Positions 1 through 10,534 are shown, counted from the stretch's first letter. The stretch: DNA of 64,000 nt from Candidatus Dojkabacteria bacterium (GCA_040765985.1 JAXGRK010000001.1:72513-136512), one strand, 5' to 3'. Translations and numbers: made by a program. Notes: generated by a model from the letters alone, not told the origin.

Positions 1-800
1 AGGAAAACAACAATAATTAAAGCAATAATATAAAGAATAAACTCTATGCCAAATCTTTGTTTAATCACTTTCATATTAGCAACCCCTATACCAACGAAGT
101 ACCCTATCGTTGGACCAAGTGCAGAAACTTCATGCAATATTCCAGATAAAAATGTTCCTAAGAACATAAAAAAAACAATTAGGGAAACTAATACAGTTTT
201 ACGAGAAAGTAAAATTCCCTCGAAACCAAGATTTCTAAGATGAATATATGAAAAGAAAATAATAATGAAAAGCTCAAAAGGAAGAAGAATATACGGGGCT
301 AATTGTAATGATAGCAAGCTAAAGGTAATAAAGAAGATCGATAGTGTTGATATTATATACGAAGTCGTTCTACCAACATTCACCAAGGGTATATTTTTGT
401 ATAGATTAACATTAAAAACATTAGCCATTAAATATGATATGTAGGTACTAAAGAACAGAAGTGCCACAAGAATTAAAAGCATTATACCCTCATAAATACG
501 ACTAAACTTCTCTACAAAGAATAATTGAATAAATAGATACTCTGACATAACAAAAAGAGAGCTATGTAGGAGAAAAAACAAAGATTTAACTTTAACTTGG
601 AAATTAAATGCCCAGACTAAACCAGTAAAAGAGATTAACAAATAAATAAGAGCAGTTATAATGATCTTTCCTACAGTTGGGTCATTATTTTTAATTAGTG
701 TTTGAACAAATACAGAAAGAGCAATTAACAATGCTAATGAAATTAACTTACCCCTCTTTACAGAATCTTCTGTTTTAATTGAAATATTTTCTACCCCCAT
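1..800 (-). CDS. polytopic integral membrane protein, 3' end beyond window (family not resolved; O-antigen-polymerase/glycosyltransferase-like topology)
   Basis: Own minus-strand translation: ATG at 800 (10-nt overlap with ruvB stop) opens a frame with no stop down to position 1 (MGVENISIKTEDSVKRGKLISLALLIALSVF...). Many hydrophobic segments. Missing from the ORF track because it runs off the edge. Confidence 0.5.
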   Translation of the reverse strand, partial: MGVENISIKTEDSVKRGKLISLALLIALSVFVQTLIKNNDPTVGKIIITALIYLLISFTGLVWAFNFQVKVKSLFFLLHSSLFVMSEYLFIQLFFVEKFSRIYEGIMLLILVALLFFSTYISYLMANVFNVNLYKNIPLVNVGRTTSYIISTLSIFFITFSLLSLQLAPYILLPFELFIIIFFSYIHLRNLGFEGILLSRKTVLVSLIVFFMFLGTFLSGILHEVSALGPTIGYFVGIGVANMKVIKQRFGIEFILYIIALIIVVF

Positions 801-1825
801 ATACTTTGAACATATTTTATACCATTTGGAGTTAAAACTCTTCCCCTAGAAGTCCTCTTTATCAAACCACACTTCATAAGATATGGCTCGTGTACATCAA
901 GTATAGTAGAAATCTCCTCAGAGACACTAGCTGCTAATGTAGAAACACCAACAGGCACACCATCAAAATTAAAGAATATATCCCTAAGTATTTCCCTATC
1001 AATACCCTCTAACCCCAAATCATCTATACCTAATAACTTCATAGTACTGTTTACAGTATCGCAACTAACACTCTTCTGATTACTACTCTCTGCAAAATCC
1101 CTAACCCTTCTTAAAAGACGTAGTCCGATTCTTGCTGTACCCCTAGATGCAAGAGAAAGTAATTTTAGAGCATCATCATGTACATCAATAGACCATAGGG
1201 AAGAAGCTCTCTTTAATATCTCTATCATATCTTCATCATCAAAAAAGTCCAATCTTTGAATTAGCCCAAACCTATCTCTCATTGGAGAACTTATCTTCCC
1301 TATCTGCGTAGTAGCCCCTATTAAGGTAAATGGTTCTAAATTAAGTCGAATTGTTTTTGCAGAAGGACCCTTACCCATAACAATATCCAACGCCCTATCT
1401 TCCATAGCAGGATACAATATCTCTTCTACTACTCTAGATAATCTATGTATCTCATCTATAAATAGGACATCATTTTCTTTAAGGTTTGTCAGTATAGCGG
1501 CTAAATCACCCTGTCTTTCAATAGCAGGACCAGATGTAATTCTAATTGATGAACCAATCTCATTTGCAATAGCAAATGCAAATGTTGTTTTACCAAGCCC
1601 TGGAGGACCGTAAAAAAGTATATGATCAATAACCTCTCCCCTCCCCTTCGCAGAATCAATCATCATCTTAACGGTTTTCTTCTCCTGTTTTCTTCCTATC
1701 ATCTCATCTAATTTAGAAGGCCGAATCTTTTGAACCTGCTCCTCTAATTCAACATTATTTTTAACCACTATACTGCTGTTTTTTAGTGCGTTTCTCTCTT
1801 CGGTTTTTTTACTTGATTTAATCAT
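791..1825 (-). CDS. ruvB: Holliday junction branch-migration helicase RuvB
   Basis: AAA+ Walker A GPPGLGKTT, Walker B FIDEIHRL, RuvB-type C-terminal winged helix. Part of the ruvC-ruvA-ruvB gene order. Confidence 0.95.
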   Translation of the reverse strand: MIKSSKKTEERNALKNSSIVVKNNVELEEQVQKIRPSKLDEMIGRKQEKKTVKMMIDSAKGRGEVIDHILFYGPPGLGKTTFAFAIANEIGSSIRITSGPAIERQGDLAAILTNLKENDVLFIDEIHRLSRVVEEILYPAMEDRALDIVMGKGPSAKTIRLNLEPFTLIGATTQIGKISSPMRDRFGLIQRLDFFDDEDMIEILKRASSLWSIDVHDDALKLLSLASRGTARIGLRLLRRVRDFAESSNQKSVSCDTVNSTMKLLGIDDLGLEGIDREILRDIFFNFDGVPVGVSTLAASVSEEISTILDVHEPYLMKCGLIKRTSRGRVLTPNGIKYVQSIWG

Positions 1826-1880
1826 ATTTACTGTTGTAAAACTTTTTTAATTAGAGCTTCTATATCAATATCCTCTTTCT

Positions 1881-2411
1881 TTAAAATATCTGCCCCCTTC
1901 TCACTCCATCTTCTAACTCTTTACCCTTAAAGGCAAGCACCTTTAATGCATCTTTTAATTCCACCAACCTCTCATCTTCCTTACCCTGTGCATCCTCTCT
2001 ATCAAAATCTATTCTTCCTCTTAACTCCAAAATTACCTTTTGAGCACCCTTTAAACCCAAACCAGATACCTTACTAAGAAGTTTAGAGTCACCATCCAAA
2101 ATTAACTGTCTAACACGCTCCATACTATACGTAGAAAGAATAGAGAGTGCAGATTTAGGTCCAATACCTGATACTGTAAGTAGTAACTCAAAGAAGTCCC
2201 TCTCTTCCTCTTTAACAAAACCGTAAAGTGTTTGGCTCTCTTCCCTTACCTGAAAGCTTGTAAAAAAATCTATATTATCTCCTACATTCTTAAATTCAAA
2301 AAGAGATGAAACATATACCCTGTAGGCAATACCACAAGAGAGCAATATGTCAGTATAGCTACTTTTACCGACATAATTCTTCATCACTTTTCCAGAAATA
2401 TATGAAATCAT
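1881..2411 (-). CDS. ruvA: Holliday junction DNA-binding protein RuvA
   Basis: MISYISGKV OB-fold start, HhH segment LLTVSGIGPKSALSILS, directly upstream of ruvB. Confidence 0.85.
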   Translation of the reverse strand: MISYISGKVMKNYVGKSSYTDILLSCGIAYRVYVSSLFEFKNVGDNIDFFTSFQVREESQTLYGFVKEEERDFFELLLTVSGIGPKSALSILSTYSMERVRQLILDGDSKLLSKVSGLGLKGAQKVILELRGRIDFDREDAQGKEDERLVELKDALKVLAFKGKELEDGVRRGQIF

Positions 2412-2421
2412 TTTTCAAATT

Positions 2422-2910
2422 TTATTTTAATTTATCATTTTCTAACCTGTCATAACATGCAATAGATATGGCCAAAGCATCTGCAACATCATCTGGTTTA
2501 GGAATCTCATTTAATCCAAACAACATTTTAACATTTTCTTGTACCTGTAATTTAGATGCTTTCCCATACCCAGATATACTACTTTTTACTTGAAGAGGGG
2601 TAATTTCACAAACAGGTATATTACTATTCTCTAAAGAAAGAAGTATGACCCCTCTTGCCTCTCCCACTACTATTGCTGTTTTAGCGTTGTTGTAAAAAAG
2701 AAGAGTTTCTAAACCACTATATGACGGTTTAAATTCTTTAATAATATTATTCATATCTTTGTAAAGTTCTAACAATCTTTCACCAACAGTTCTCTCCTTT
2801 GAAGTAATTATTGCTCCGTAATCAATGGGCGAAACTTTCCCATTTTTATCAAAATCGACAATAGACCAGCCAGTTATAGCTATACCCGGATCTATCCCTA
2901 ATATTCTCAT
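2422..2910 (-). CDS. ruvC: crossover junction endodeoxyribonuclease RuvC
   Basis: MRILGIDPGIAITGW RNase-H-like N-terminus and C-terminal DDVADALAISIA motif. Adjacent to ruvA. Confidence 0.9.
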   Translation of the reverse strand: MRILGIDPGIAITGWSIVDFDKNGKVSPIDYGAIITSKERTVGERLLELYKDMNNIIKEFKPSYSGLETLLFYNNAKTAIVVGEARGVILLSLENSNIPVCEITPLQVKSSISGYGKASKLQVQENVKMLFGLNEIPKPDDVADALAISIACYDRLENDKLK

Positions 2911-2926
2911 ATTAATTTCGATTAAA

Positions 2927-3706
2927 TTACTCTAGATTACTCCAAACATTCTGAACATCATCATGATCTTCTAACCTCTCTAAACTATCTTGGATTTTCT
3001 CTAAATCTTTTCCTATTAAAGCTTTTACTACCTTGGGCTCCTTAATTATCTCTGACATTTCGATTAGATATCCTAACTTAGAAATAGAATCTCTTACACT
3101 TGCGAGATTATTATACTTAGTATATACCTCTAACCCCTCCACTCCATCTAAATCTATCTCTTTAATATCTTCTATACCTTCAATGTCCATTAGTTTTATC
3201 ATTACCTCCTCCTTATTCTCCTTAACATATTCATCCTTTCCGCCATACTTCTCCGATTTTTTCAAATGACCACTCTTTACCATTATTAAACCCTTAGTAT
3301 CAAAATTCCAAGAAACCGACCCTGTATCTCCCATTCTCCCCCCTATCTCTTCAAATATCCTTCTTAAATCTGCAACTGTCCTATTTCTATTATCAGTCAA
3401 ACAGTCAACAAGAATCTGTACACCATCATATCCAAAGCCCTCATAGGTCACCTCTTCATACGTAATCCCATCTACACCCGTACCAGAGCCCTTCTGAATT
3501 GCCTTTTCTATCCTGTCTATGGGAAAACCCTCTCTCTTTGCTTTCTCAATATACAACCTTAAATTGGGATTCATATTAGGATCAGTACCTCCCTGCCTTG
3601 TAGCATGTGTAATCTGTACAGAAAGTTTGGAGAATACTTTCCCTTTCTTAGCATCATTTATTGCTTTCTTATGCCTGATTGTTGACCATTTAGAGTGCCC
3701 TGACAT
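2927..3706 (-). CDS. yebC: YebC/PmpR family DNA-binding regulator
   Basis: Signature N-terminus MSGHSKWSTIRHKKAINDAKKGKVFSKL. Typical length of 259 aa. Confidence 0.9.
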   Translation of the reverse strand: MSGHSKWSTIRHKKAINDAKKGKVFSKLSVQITHATRQGGTDPNMNPNLRLYIEKAKREGFPIDRIEKAIQKGSGTGVDGITYEEVTYEGFGYDGVQILVDCLTDNRNRTVADLRRIFEEIGGRMGDTGSVSWNFDTKGLIMVKSGHLKKSEKYGGKDEYVKENKEEVMIKLMDIEGIEDIKEIDLDGVEGLEVYTKYNNLASVRDSISKLGYLIEMSEIIKEPKVVKALIGKDLEKIQDSLERLEDHDDVQNVWSNLE

Positions 3707-3768
3707 AATTAGAAAAATATATAATGTATATGGGATATTCTATCATTTACGACACTGCGAAAAAAGAC

Positions 3769-6240
3769 CTAACTTTTTACTCTATATCCACCCTCAACGA
3801 CTTCCTCTTTTTTTTCGTTTTTCTTTACTGACCTATTACCACTATCACTGTAAGTTTGATTACTCCACCTAATTATTTTATCCTCAATTAAATCTTTAGA
3901 TGTTCCGTATTTTTCTCTAGAAAGAGCAACCACCTTACTCTTTAATCCAAATGGTTGGTACCTTGGAGGTAACGATCTGGCACTAAATGTCGTAGATGTC
4001 ATACCATCAATACAGAGTTTAAGATACATTGAATGTGCATCTAAAGAAACCAAGTCTTCAGATGAAACTCCTGGGGCAAATTCTTTCTCAAGAATAGAGG
4101 CATCGGATTGACTAACTACAAATGAACCTAAAGTTCCAACATTACCGAATATTGCCTGTCTTACTGTTAAAGGTAATTGATCGATATATTGATTAGTCAT
4201 ACACAAATCTAATCTAAACTTTCTTGCTTCGGATAGAATCTTAGCAAAAGAGTCTGTAGCAAAGTTTTGGAATTCATCAACAAAAAGATAGAAATCATTT
4301 CTTTGATCAGCAGGCATATCAACTCTCTCCAAAGCAGTAGATTGTAACCTTGTAATTATCATTCCACCAAGTAAAGAAGCAGTTTCCTCTCCAAGTTTTC
4401 CTTGAGCAAGATTAATTAGTAAGATTTTCTTGTTATCCATTATCTCTCTTAAATCTATTGTAGACTTAACTTGCCCAATAATATTACGAGTAACTGCTGA
4501 AGAGATAAATCTACCTACCTTGTTTTGTATAGGGGCAACTGCCTCTGAGAGTAATCTAGGATTTTGAGACATCTGCGCATACTCCTCCTCCCAGAATTTG
4601 TATAAGATGGGATCATCAACCTGCTTTAGAATGAACTTCCTATAATTTTTATCCATAAGCATTCTAGTTACAGAGAGGAGTGTTGTACCCTGCGCCTCTA
4701 GTGCTGTAGCTATTGTATTTGTAAGAATATACTGTAACCTAGGGCCCCAAGAGGTTCCGAACTGTTTATGGAATACCTCTACTACACCATCTGCAATTAA
4801 ATCCCTTTGTGATTTATCTTTTAATTCAAGCAGGTTAAACCCTATTGGATACTCTGTATCTGTAGGATTAAAGTAAATAACATCATCGATTCTTTCAGGA
4901 GGTATAAAATCCAAAAGCTCTTCAACCAACTCCCCATGAGGATCTATCATACAAGAACCGTCTCCCCTTAGAATATCTGAGATAAACATGTTCTTAAAAA
5001 CAGTAGATTTTCCCACACCCGTTTTCCCTAAAATGTAAAAATGCTTTCTTCTATCTTCACTTTTAATCCCAAATTCATACCTACTTCCTCTATAGTCCGT
5101 TTCTGCAAAAACAGTAACTCCATCCTGCCCTACTTTAGGTAAATTCATAGGGGGCTCAATTCTTTTAGATCTACTCCAAGCTATATTAGGTGTTTCAACC
5201 GAAATATTCGGCATATGGTATAAAGATGCTAATTCCTCGATATTAATAATATCAATAGTATCAGAAGGTAAATATCTTTTTAAATACTCTGAGTATATCT
5301 CTTTTCCACTTTTATTTGGTCTCGAATGTACAAAAGTATTTAAGTGGGCAGTAGTAAATTGTTTAAAACTAGCGACTATATCTCTTAAAATTTGCTCTGA
5401 CTCTATTTGTGAGTTTGCTTTTGTAACTACCCTTATTTTAAATTCAAAACCGAGTTTTAACATCTTAAGTTCAATTTCGCTCAACTCCTCTTCTTGTCCC
5501 GGTTGTAATTTCACTATTTCTTTTCTTACTACATTCTCATTTCCGATATTGGATATACTCTCTCCCATTCCCTTTAAAAAATTAGCAAGTTCAGCAAAGA
5601 AACCCTGTGAATATGGATCTTTACCATCCTTGATTGCAGTAATGTATTTTTTAGAATTCTTTTGCCAGTAATTTGAGACAGGTCGAACAAGAATCTGTAC
5701 CCATGCCTTCTGTCCTAATTTAAGGTCAGAGATTGCCCCAGTTATAGCTGCTAAGGGGTCTACTTCAAAATTCCTAAATGTCTTAATTGGAAATATGAAA
5801 TCTTTCTCAAGCTCAATTTCTCCAGTAGTAACAAATTGCCTTTGATTTGGATCGGAACTTTTACTAGCGACATAATCTTGTACATACTGGATATCGGCAT
5901 TTGGGTATTGAGCATAAATTTGACCCTCTATAAATTTGGAAAGATGTTTTGGAACAACTGCATAGAATTTTATTCCATTATCATTACTTGAAACAATTTC
6001 GAAACTTATTAAATCAGCAGACTTAACATCATCTCCTAAAATACCGTGTATAGAAGCAAACATCTGTTCTGCAGCAAGTGGAGTTTTATCATTCTCTCTT
6101 GGTACAAGTATCTGCATTACAAGGGGGCTTCGAATCTCTTCAAATACCTCAGGTGGGTCTTCAGATTTCTTACTTAAAAGAAACACAAAGGCAAGGAAAA
6201 ATGAAGATGCAAATATTATAGAAAATATAAAAGTTGTCAT
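3769..6240 (-). CDS. VirD4/TraG-like (type IV coupling protein family) ATPase with N-terminal TM and large uncharacterised N-terminal domain
   Basis: N-terminal TM helix, ~380-aa unknown domain, Walker A ILGKTGVGKST, Walker B FYLFVDEFQNF, TraG/TraD-type C-terminal segment ARKFRLDLCMTNQYIDQL. Confidence 0.7.
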   Translation of the reverse strand: MTTFIFSIIFASSFFLAFVFLLSKKSEDPPEVFEEIRSPLVMQILVPRENDKTPLAAEQMFASIHGILGDDVKSADLISFEIVSSNDNGIKFYAVVPKHLSKFIEGQIYAQYPNADIQYVQDYVASKSSDPNQRQFVTTGEIELEKDFIFPIKTFRNFEVDPLAAITGAISDLKLGQKAWVQILVRPVSNYWQKNSKKYITAIKDGKDPYSQGFFAELANFLKGMGESISNIGNENVVRKEIVKLQPGQEEELSEIELKMLKLGFEFKIRVVTKANSQIESEQILRDIVASFKQFTTAHLNTFVHSRPNKSGKEIYSEYLKRYLPSDTIDIINIEELASLYHMPNISVETPNIAWSRSKRIEPPMNLPKVGQDGVTVFAETDYRGSRYEFGIKSEDRRKHFYILGKTGVGKSTVFKNMFISDILRGDGSCMIDPHGELVEELLDFIPPERIDDVIYFNPTDTEYPIGFNLLELKDKSQRDLIADGVVEVFHKQFGTSWGPRLQYILTNTIATALEAQGTTLLSVTRMLMDKNYRKFILKQVDDPILYKFWEEEYAQMSQNPRLLSEAVAPIQNKVGRFISSAVTRNIIGQVKSTIDLREIMDNKKILLINLAQGKLGEETASLLGGMIITRLQSTALERVDMPADQRNDFYLFVDEFQNFATDSFAKILSEARKFRLDLCMTNQYIDQLPLTVRQAIFGNVGTLGSFVVSQSDASILEKEFAPGVSSEDLVSLDAHSMYLKLCIDGMTSTTFSARSLPPRYQPFGLKSKVVALSREKYGTSKDLIEDKIIRWSNQTYSDSGNRSVKKNEKKEEVVEGGYRVKS

Positions 6241-6286
6241 TGAATATATATTACCATTTAAATAGTGAAAAGTAATATATTAAGTG

Positions 6287-7491
6287 CTAAAAAGCGTACA
6301 CAGTTGGTATATCTTTTCCCAATATTATTACAATATCGCCAGTAGTCATAAATGATGGTCTACTTTGAACAATCTCATAAGTCCCAGGGAATATCTCAAA
6401 TACTACACTTAACGATCTAGGGAAATCCTCTTGTTTAGGAACAAAAAATTGTGTTTCATCTTGTTCTTTAGGAGCATTATCATATCTAACAACCTCGCAA
6501 CCACTATTCCTTATCTTTCTTGCATACTGACTAGCATAACCACTAAGTCCACTCCCGTTATACACCTCCACTCTAACTCTTTCTTTTTCTAACTCCCTAT
6601 CAATCATGCTATCGATAAACTCTCTCCATACAACATCATATTTATCCGTTTCAATATAGCTTGAAATACCTACCCCGCCAAACGCTTCCTGTTGTGAGAG
6701 GTATTCTGAATTACTTAAATCTAAAAGAAACGGTCTTGTAGAAATAATGCTTTTTGAATATTTTTAATTTAAAAACAACATTTCTAAAGTTGAAAATGAA
6801 GATAATATGACTGCCTGAGAGTCTTTAAACTTATGAGATGAGTTAAAAGATTAAACCATCCTAATTTTGAAATAAAGCTGTTTAACATAAATGCCTCTTG
6901 GTTTGCGTTAAAACCATTAGAGTAATATTGAGCATACAAAGAATCTCCAGATGGTTCTCCTAATTTCTCACTAAATATTTTATTGGCAGAGCTACTAATC
7001 CATATATATTCGTCTATGTTAGTACCTAATAGTTGTTCAAATTGCCATATAGCGTATTCATAACCCCTACCCTCTTGCAAAAAATCTCCAGCATACCTGA
7101 ATGTAGAAATTGGCAAACTACTTCCAAATTCTTTATCTACACCCATATACTCTACCCATGCTGGTATAAATACTAATACAGAGACACTTTTTTCTTTATT
7201 TTCGGCATATAGATATGCAAGCTTTATCCTCTCTTTATCGTTATATTCTTCTTCGAAAATAATCAAGGTTTTTTCTAAAGCATCTTTTTGATTTGATAGA
7301 AGGTAATATTCAGAGTTACTAAGTTTGATAGGATCAACACTCTTAATATTACTAAATCCTATATATGTATATATTCCATAACCAATTAAAGAGATTACAA
7401 TTAGAAATAGAAGTATTTTATTAAAGTTAATATCAATCTTCTTTTTCTTTACCTGCTCTTTTCTTTTGTACCTCTCTCTTCCTGTTCTCAT
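6287..7491 (-). pseudogene. LCP (LytR-CpsA-Psr)-like envelope protein with C-terminal LytR_C domain, reading frame broken at least twice (6.6-6.85 kb)
   Basis: The 235-aa ORF has a TM anchor and an LCP-like core. The 106-aa ORF carries LytR_C (VEVYNGSGLSGYASQYARKIRNSGCEVV). My translation of 6607-6790 shows the LytR_C frame stays open upstream without a start, which implies a single gene. Confidence 0.5.
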
Positions 7492-8423
7492 TTTAATGTT
7501 GTAAAAGTTAATCTTTTTCCATTCTTTTTAACAAAACTTAACAGCACCGCCTCAAGCATAATATTATCACCAATTCCATTGCCGTAAAGCGAGTCTCCTT
7601 TGATATGATATCCCAAATATTTTAAACTCGCCCTTATCTGGTGCATTCTTCCTGTATCAATTTTGATTAAAGCACAATTTTTTGAAAAAAGCATATAACT
7701 TAAACTATATTTTGAACCCGTAAATTCGTAAGTTCTAAACTCCATCCTATATCTATTTACCCTATCTCTACCAATATACCCTTCTACCTTTTCCCAACTC
7801 TGCCACGGTTTGGAATTAATATCAATCTGTTTAACATATTCTAACAAATCAATATCTAGTTCTTTTTTAACATTCTCTTCCAAAGAAGCATAGTATATTT
7901 TAATTACATTCTTGTTACTAAATTCACTTTTCAAATACTCCTGAATACTCTTACTTTTTGCTACAACTATTAACCCCGACACCCCCTTATCTAAACGATG
8001 TACAATCCCTGCTCTATCAACTAAAGGATCATATTGTCCGATACTTTCAAGATAGTATCTTACATAATTTGCGAGTGTACTTTCTCTATTTCCCACCCCT
8101 GGGTGTACTACTAAACCTTTTGGTTTATATATTACTAATAGATCTTCATCCTCATATCTAATATCTAATTTGAGTTTTTGAGGGAGTATCTCTTGGCTTA
8201 AATCTAAGTTGTTTTTAATACTTTCCCAATATTCTATATCAATGTCTAATATGTCTCCCTCTCTTAATCTATACCCCTTTTTACAGTTACTCCCATTTAC
8301 ATTACACCCCTCATGTATATATCTTTGAACAATGCTTCTAGAAAGAGAATGCTCTTTTAACATATCAAATACAACTGAATCAATTCTTAAACCCACTTTA
8401 TCTTTTTGAATAACTATTTTCAT
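7488..8423 (-). CDS. rluD: 23S rRNA pseudouridine synthase, RluA/RluD family
   Basis: S4-like N-terminus and catalytic motif HRLDKGVSGLIVVAKS. TGA stop lies in an ATGA overlap with the next gene. Confidence 0.85.
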   Translation of the reverse strand: MKIVIQKDKVGLRIDSVVFDMLKEHSLSRSIVQRYIHEGCNVNGSNCKKGYRLREGDILDIDIEYWESIKNNLDLSQEILPQKLKLDIRYEDEDLLVIYKPKGLVVHPGVGNRESTLANYVRYYLESIGQYDPLVDRAGIVHRLDKGVSGLIVVAKSKSIQEYLKSEFSNKNVIKIYYASLEENVKKELDIDLLEYVKQIDINSKPWQSWEKVEGYIGRDRVNRYRMEFRTYEFTGSKYSLSYMLFSKNCALIKIDTGRMHQIRASLKYLGYHIKGDSLYGNGIGDNIMLEAVLLSFVKKNGKRLTFTTLK

Positions 8424-8456
8424 AATATAGATTTTACTAATAATATTTTTCTATTA

Positions 8457-8837
8457 CTACCTCTCTTTATTAAAACAAAGTAGAAATACTCCTGCATATA
8501 TTGATAATAGGACTAAAAATAAATCTGATATATTAAATGAAATCTCTAATATTGTAATATAATCACATACCTTTCCATATATTACCCTTGTGATCAGATT
8601 ACTTAATCCTAACAGAAATACTGAAAAAAGAATGTATTTCATATTATCTTTCGAATTTAATGCTACAACAATTAGAATTACTAGTAAGAGTACTGATATA
8701 TAAAATATATTGTTAATTTCAAAACCAAAAGCAACCCCGTTATTTGTAATGCATGTATTTCTCAAAAACAATTGATTCGAAAGCAATATATTTATTACAG
8801 ATATAACAAATGAACATAAAAGTATAGCTATACCCAT
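8457..8837 (-). CDS. lspA: lipoprotein signal peptidase II
   Basis: Four TM segments, NNGVAFGF motif, small size (126 aa), conserved lspA-rluD adjacency. Confidence 0.8.
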   Translation of the reverse strand: MGIAILLCSFVISVINILLSNQLFLRNTCITNNGVAFGFEINNIFYISVLLLVILIVVALNSKDNMKYILFSVFLLGLSNLITRVIYGKVCDYITILEISFNISDLFLVLLSIYAGVFLLCFNKER

Positions 8838-8838
8838 A

Positions 8839-9645
8839 CTAATCTAACTTAACAGATCTAATTGTTGATACACTTTTAATATTTACTTTTGCTTTTCTTA
8901 AATCTGAAAGAAAGAATCCCGACATTATTACTGTCCATATTAAAAATATACCTACTAAAATGTCTTCTAAGAAAGACAAATCGCTGGATAAATATAGATA
9001 TGAGACATAAATAGAGGAAACAAGCACTATAAAAAATCCAACATAGCCGAGAATATATTTTTCGTAAAGAGGATTTTTAACAATTTTATATATGAATTTA
9101 AACAATATATAAAATACTACTAAAACAGCAATTAGTATTAATCCTTTATAAATCCAATTATTAAAACCGGAGTTCATACCAGTATAAATAAAAGAAACCC
9201 CTAACATTGATGTCGTTGAGAAATAAATGGGGAAAAACATATGTTTCCATCTCCATTTTTTAATTACTAACACAAAGAAGGTTAAGAAGATAAGTGTTGA
9301 TACAAACATCGCTAATATTACCAATCCCCCATCCCAAACACCAAAAAATCTCCATGGTAGTAATCTAAAGAGATAAATCTTCTCACCATACTTTTCATAA
9401 GGTAACCAATACCATATAAATGATGAAAATGTTTCCCAGGTCAATACGATATATACTACTCTTCCAACAACAAAAACAAGAAATCCAGAAACTAAAAAAA
9501 TATCAAATACAGAGGATCTATTTTTTCGTGATTCTGTACAACCTCTCCAAAATACATACAAACCAATAAAAAATATTAGTGCTAAAATAATCAATGGGTG
9601 AACATCTTGAAAAAAATCTTTTACAATATAAAACAGTTCTTTCAC
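8839..9645 (-). CDS. polytopic membrane protein, possibly divergent prolipoprotein diacylglyceryl transferase
   Basis: 7-8 TM segments, W-DGG segment (FGVWDGGLVILAMF) like the Lgt W-GG-HG region, abuts lspA. The canonical GNF-N-E motif was not found. Confidence 0.4.
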   Translation of the reverse strand: MKELFYIVKDFFQDVHPLIILALIFFIGLYVFWRGCTESRKNRSSVFDIFLVSGFLVFVVGRVVYIVLTWETFSSFIWYWLPYEKYGEKIYLFRLLPWRFFGVWDGGLVILAMFVSTLIFLTFFVLVIKKWRWKHMFFPIYFSTTSMLGVSFIYTGMNSGFNNWIYKGLILIAVLVVFYILFKFIYKIVKNPLYEKYILGYVGFFIVLVSSIYVSYLYLSSDLSFLEDILVGIFLIWTVIMSGFFLSDLRKAKVNIKSVSTIRSVKLD

Positions 9646-9670
9646 TATGTTATGCTAATACTTTAATATC

Positions 9671-10423
9671 CTATCGTTTCTTTTTTGACCCTTTTTTCTT
9701 GTTCTTTTTCTTCTTATCTTTTCTTATCTTTTTATTATCTGTCTCAGAATTTTCAGAAACGACATTATCAACCTTGCCCTTAACTTTAGTTTTAAGATGC
9801 AAAAATCCTCCTACAATCACATCTCCCAGTTTAACAATAAAGCTTTCCCCTGTCTTGTATCTGGTTCTTTTTGACTCAACAACTTCACTAGCTTGCTCTT
9901 TTGTTGCAGTAATCTGTTTTTGCATTACCTGTGCATCAGGATATTTCTCTCCTTCAATAGCTCTATCTCTAATCTGAAGACCACAGAATTCACAAAATTT
10001 ATGATCCTTGTTAATTAATACGTTACATTTGGGACATCTTTTTTTAATCTCAAATCCACAATTTGTACAAAACACATATCCAGGATACAATTGATGCCCA
10101 CACTTTGGACAATCTCCAAGTTCCAATGTTTCAAATTTTAAATACCTTCTTTCCAAATCACCCCAATATATTTCCTCAATGGTTTCACTTGGTCTAATAA
10201 TTAAATATATTATTAATCCTGGTATATTCAAAAATATAACTAAAAGCATATATACCAGTCTTAAACCTTTTCTGGAGGTTCTCTCAGAAGAATCTATCCA
10301 TACCCACCCAATGATGACTAAGGAGAATAGAATGAATAACAGGCCAAGTATAAAGCTAAATATATTAAAGTTAATACTTCCTACAAACTCAAAAAAGTTA
10401 AGAATAAATTTTTCTAATCCCAT
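9671..10423 (-). CDS. membrane protein with PLD-nuclease N-terminal (PLDc_N) domain, double zinc ribbon and Lys-rich tail
   Basis: WVWIDSSERTSRKGLRLVYMLLVIFLNIPGLIIYLIIRP, then CPKCGH..CTNCG..CPKCN..CEFCG, ending in KKIRKDKKKKNKKKGSKKKR. Confidence 0.6.
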   Translation of the reverse strand: MGLEKFILNFFEFVGSINFNIFSFILGLLFILFSLVIIGWVWIDSSERTSRKGLRLVYMLLVIFLNIPGLIIYLIIRPSETIEEIYWGDLERRYLKFETLELGDCPKCGHQLYPGYVFCTNCGFEIKKRCPKCNVLINKDHKFCEFCGLQIRDRAIEGEKYPDAQVMQKQITATKEQASEVVESKRTRYKTGESFIVKLGDVIVGGFLHLKTKVKGKVDNVVSENSETDNKKIRKDKKKKNKKKGSKKKR

Positions 10424-10450
10424 GGTTTTATTATTACTTAATTATTTATA

Positions 10451-10534
10451 TGGTCGAGGAGGGAATCGAACCCTCACACTATTTCTAGCATGGGATTTTG
10501 AGTCCCACGTGTCTGCCAGTTCCACCACTCGACC
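10451..10534 (-). tRNA. tRNA-Leu (anticodon CAA), long variable arm, CCA not encoded
   Basis: Hand-folded cloverleaf: acceptor GGTCGAG/CTCGACC, anticodon stem TGGGA/TCCCA with loop CTCAAAA, T arm GAGGG-TTCGATT-CCCTC. Confidence 0.9.

Noticed and set aside
3033-3872. Plus-strand ORFs 3033-3269 and 3519-3872, and similar antisense ORFs: 46-243, 7958-8161, 9594-9977, 10179-10565, 11107-11905, 14783-15019, 15676-16145, 16596-16787, 18091-18330, 22202-23089, 24450-24710, 26129-26368, 27007-27237, 28585-29053, 35615-35920, 36232-36595, 37601-37828, 38326-38849, 39722-40938, 41424-41702, 42272-42496, 44932-45225, 45641-46082, 46982-47182, 47464-47673, 48792-49007, 49393-49647, 52759-53154, 53332-53592, 54145-54393, 56487-56714, 59278-59460, 60350-60589, 61639-61992, 62494-62942.
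   Set aside because: Each lies antisense to, or out of frame within, a well-supported gene or tRNA. Their low-complexity Ser/Leu/Phe/Ile-rich translations are typical of shadow ORFs. 10179-10565 and 62494-62733 run across tRNA genes.
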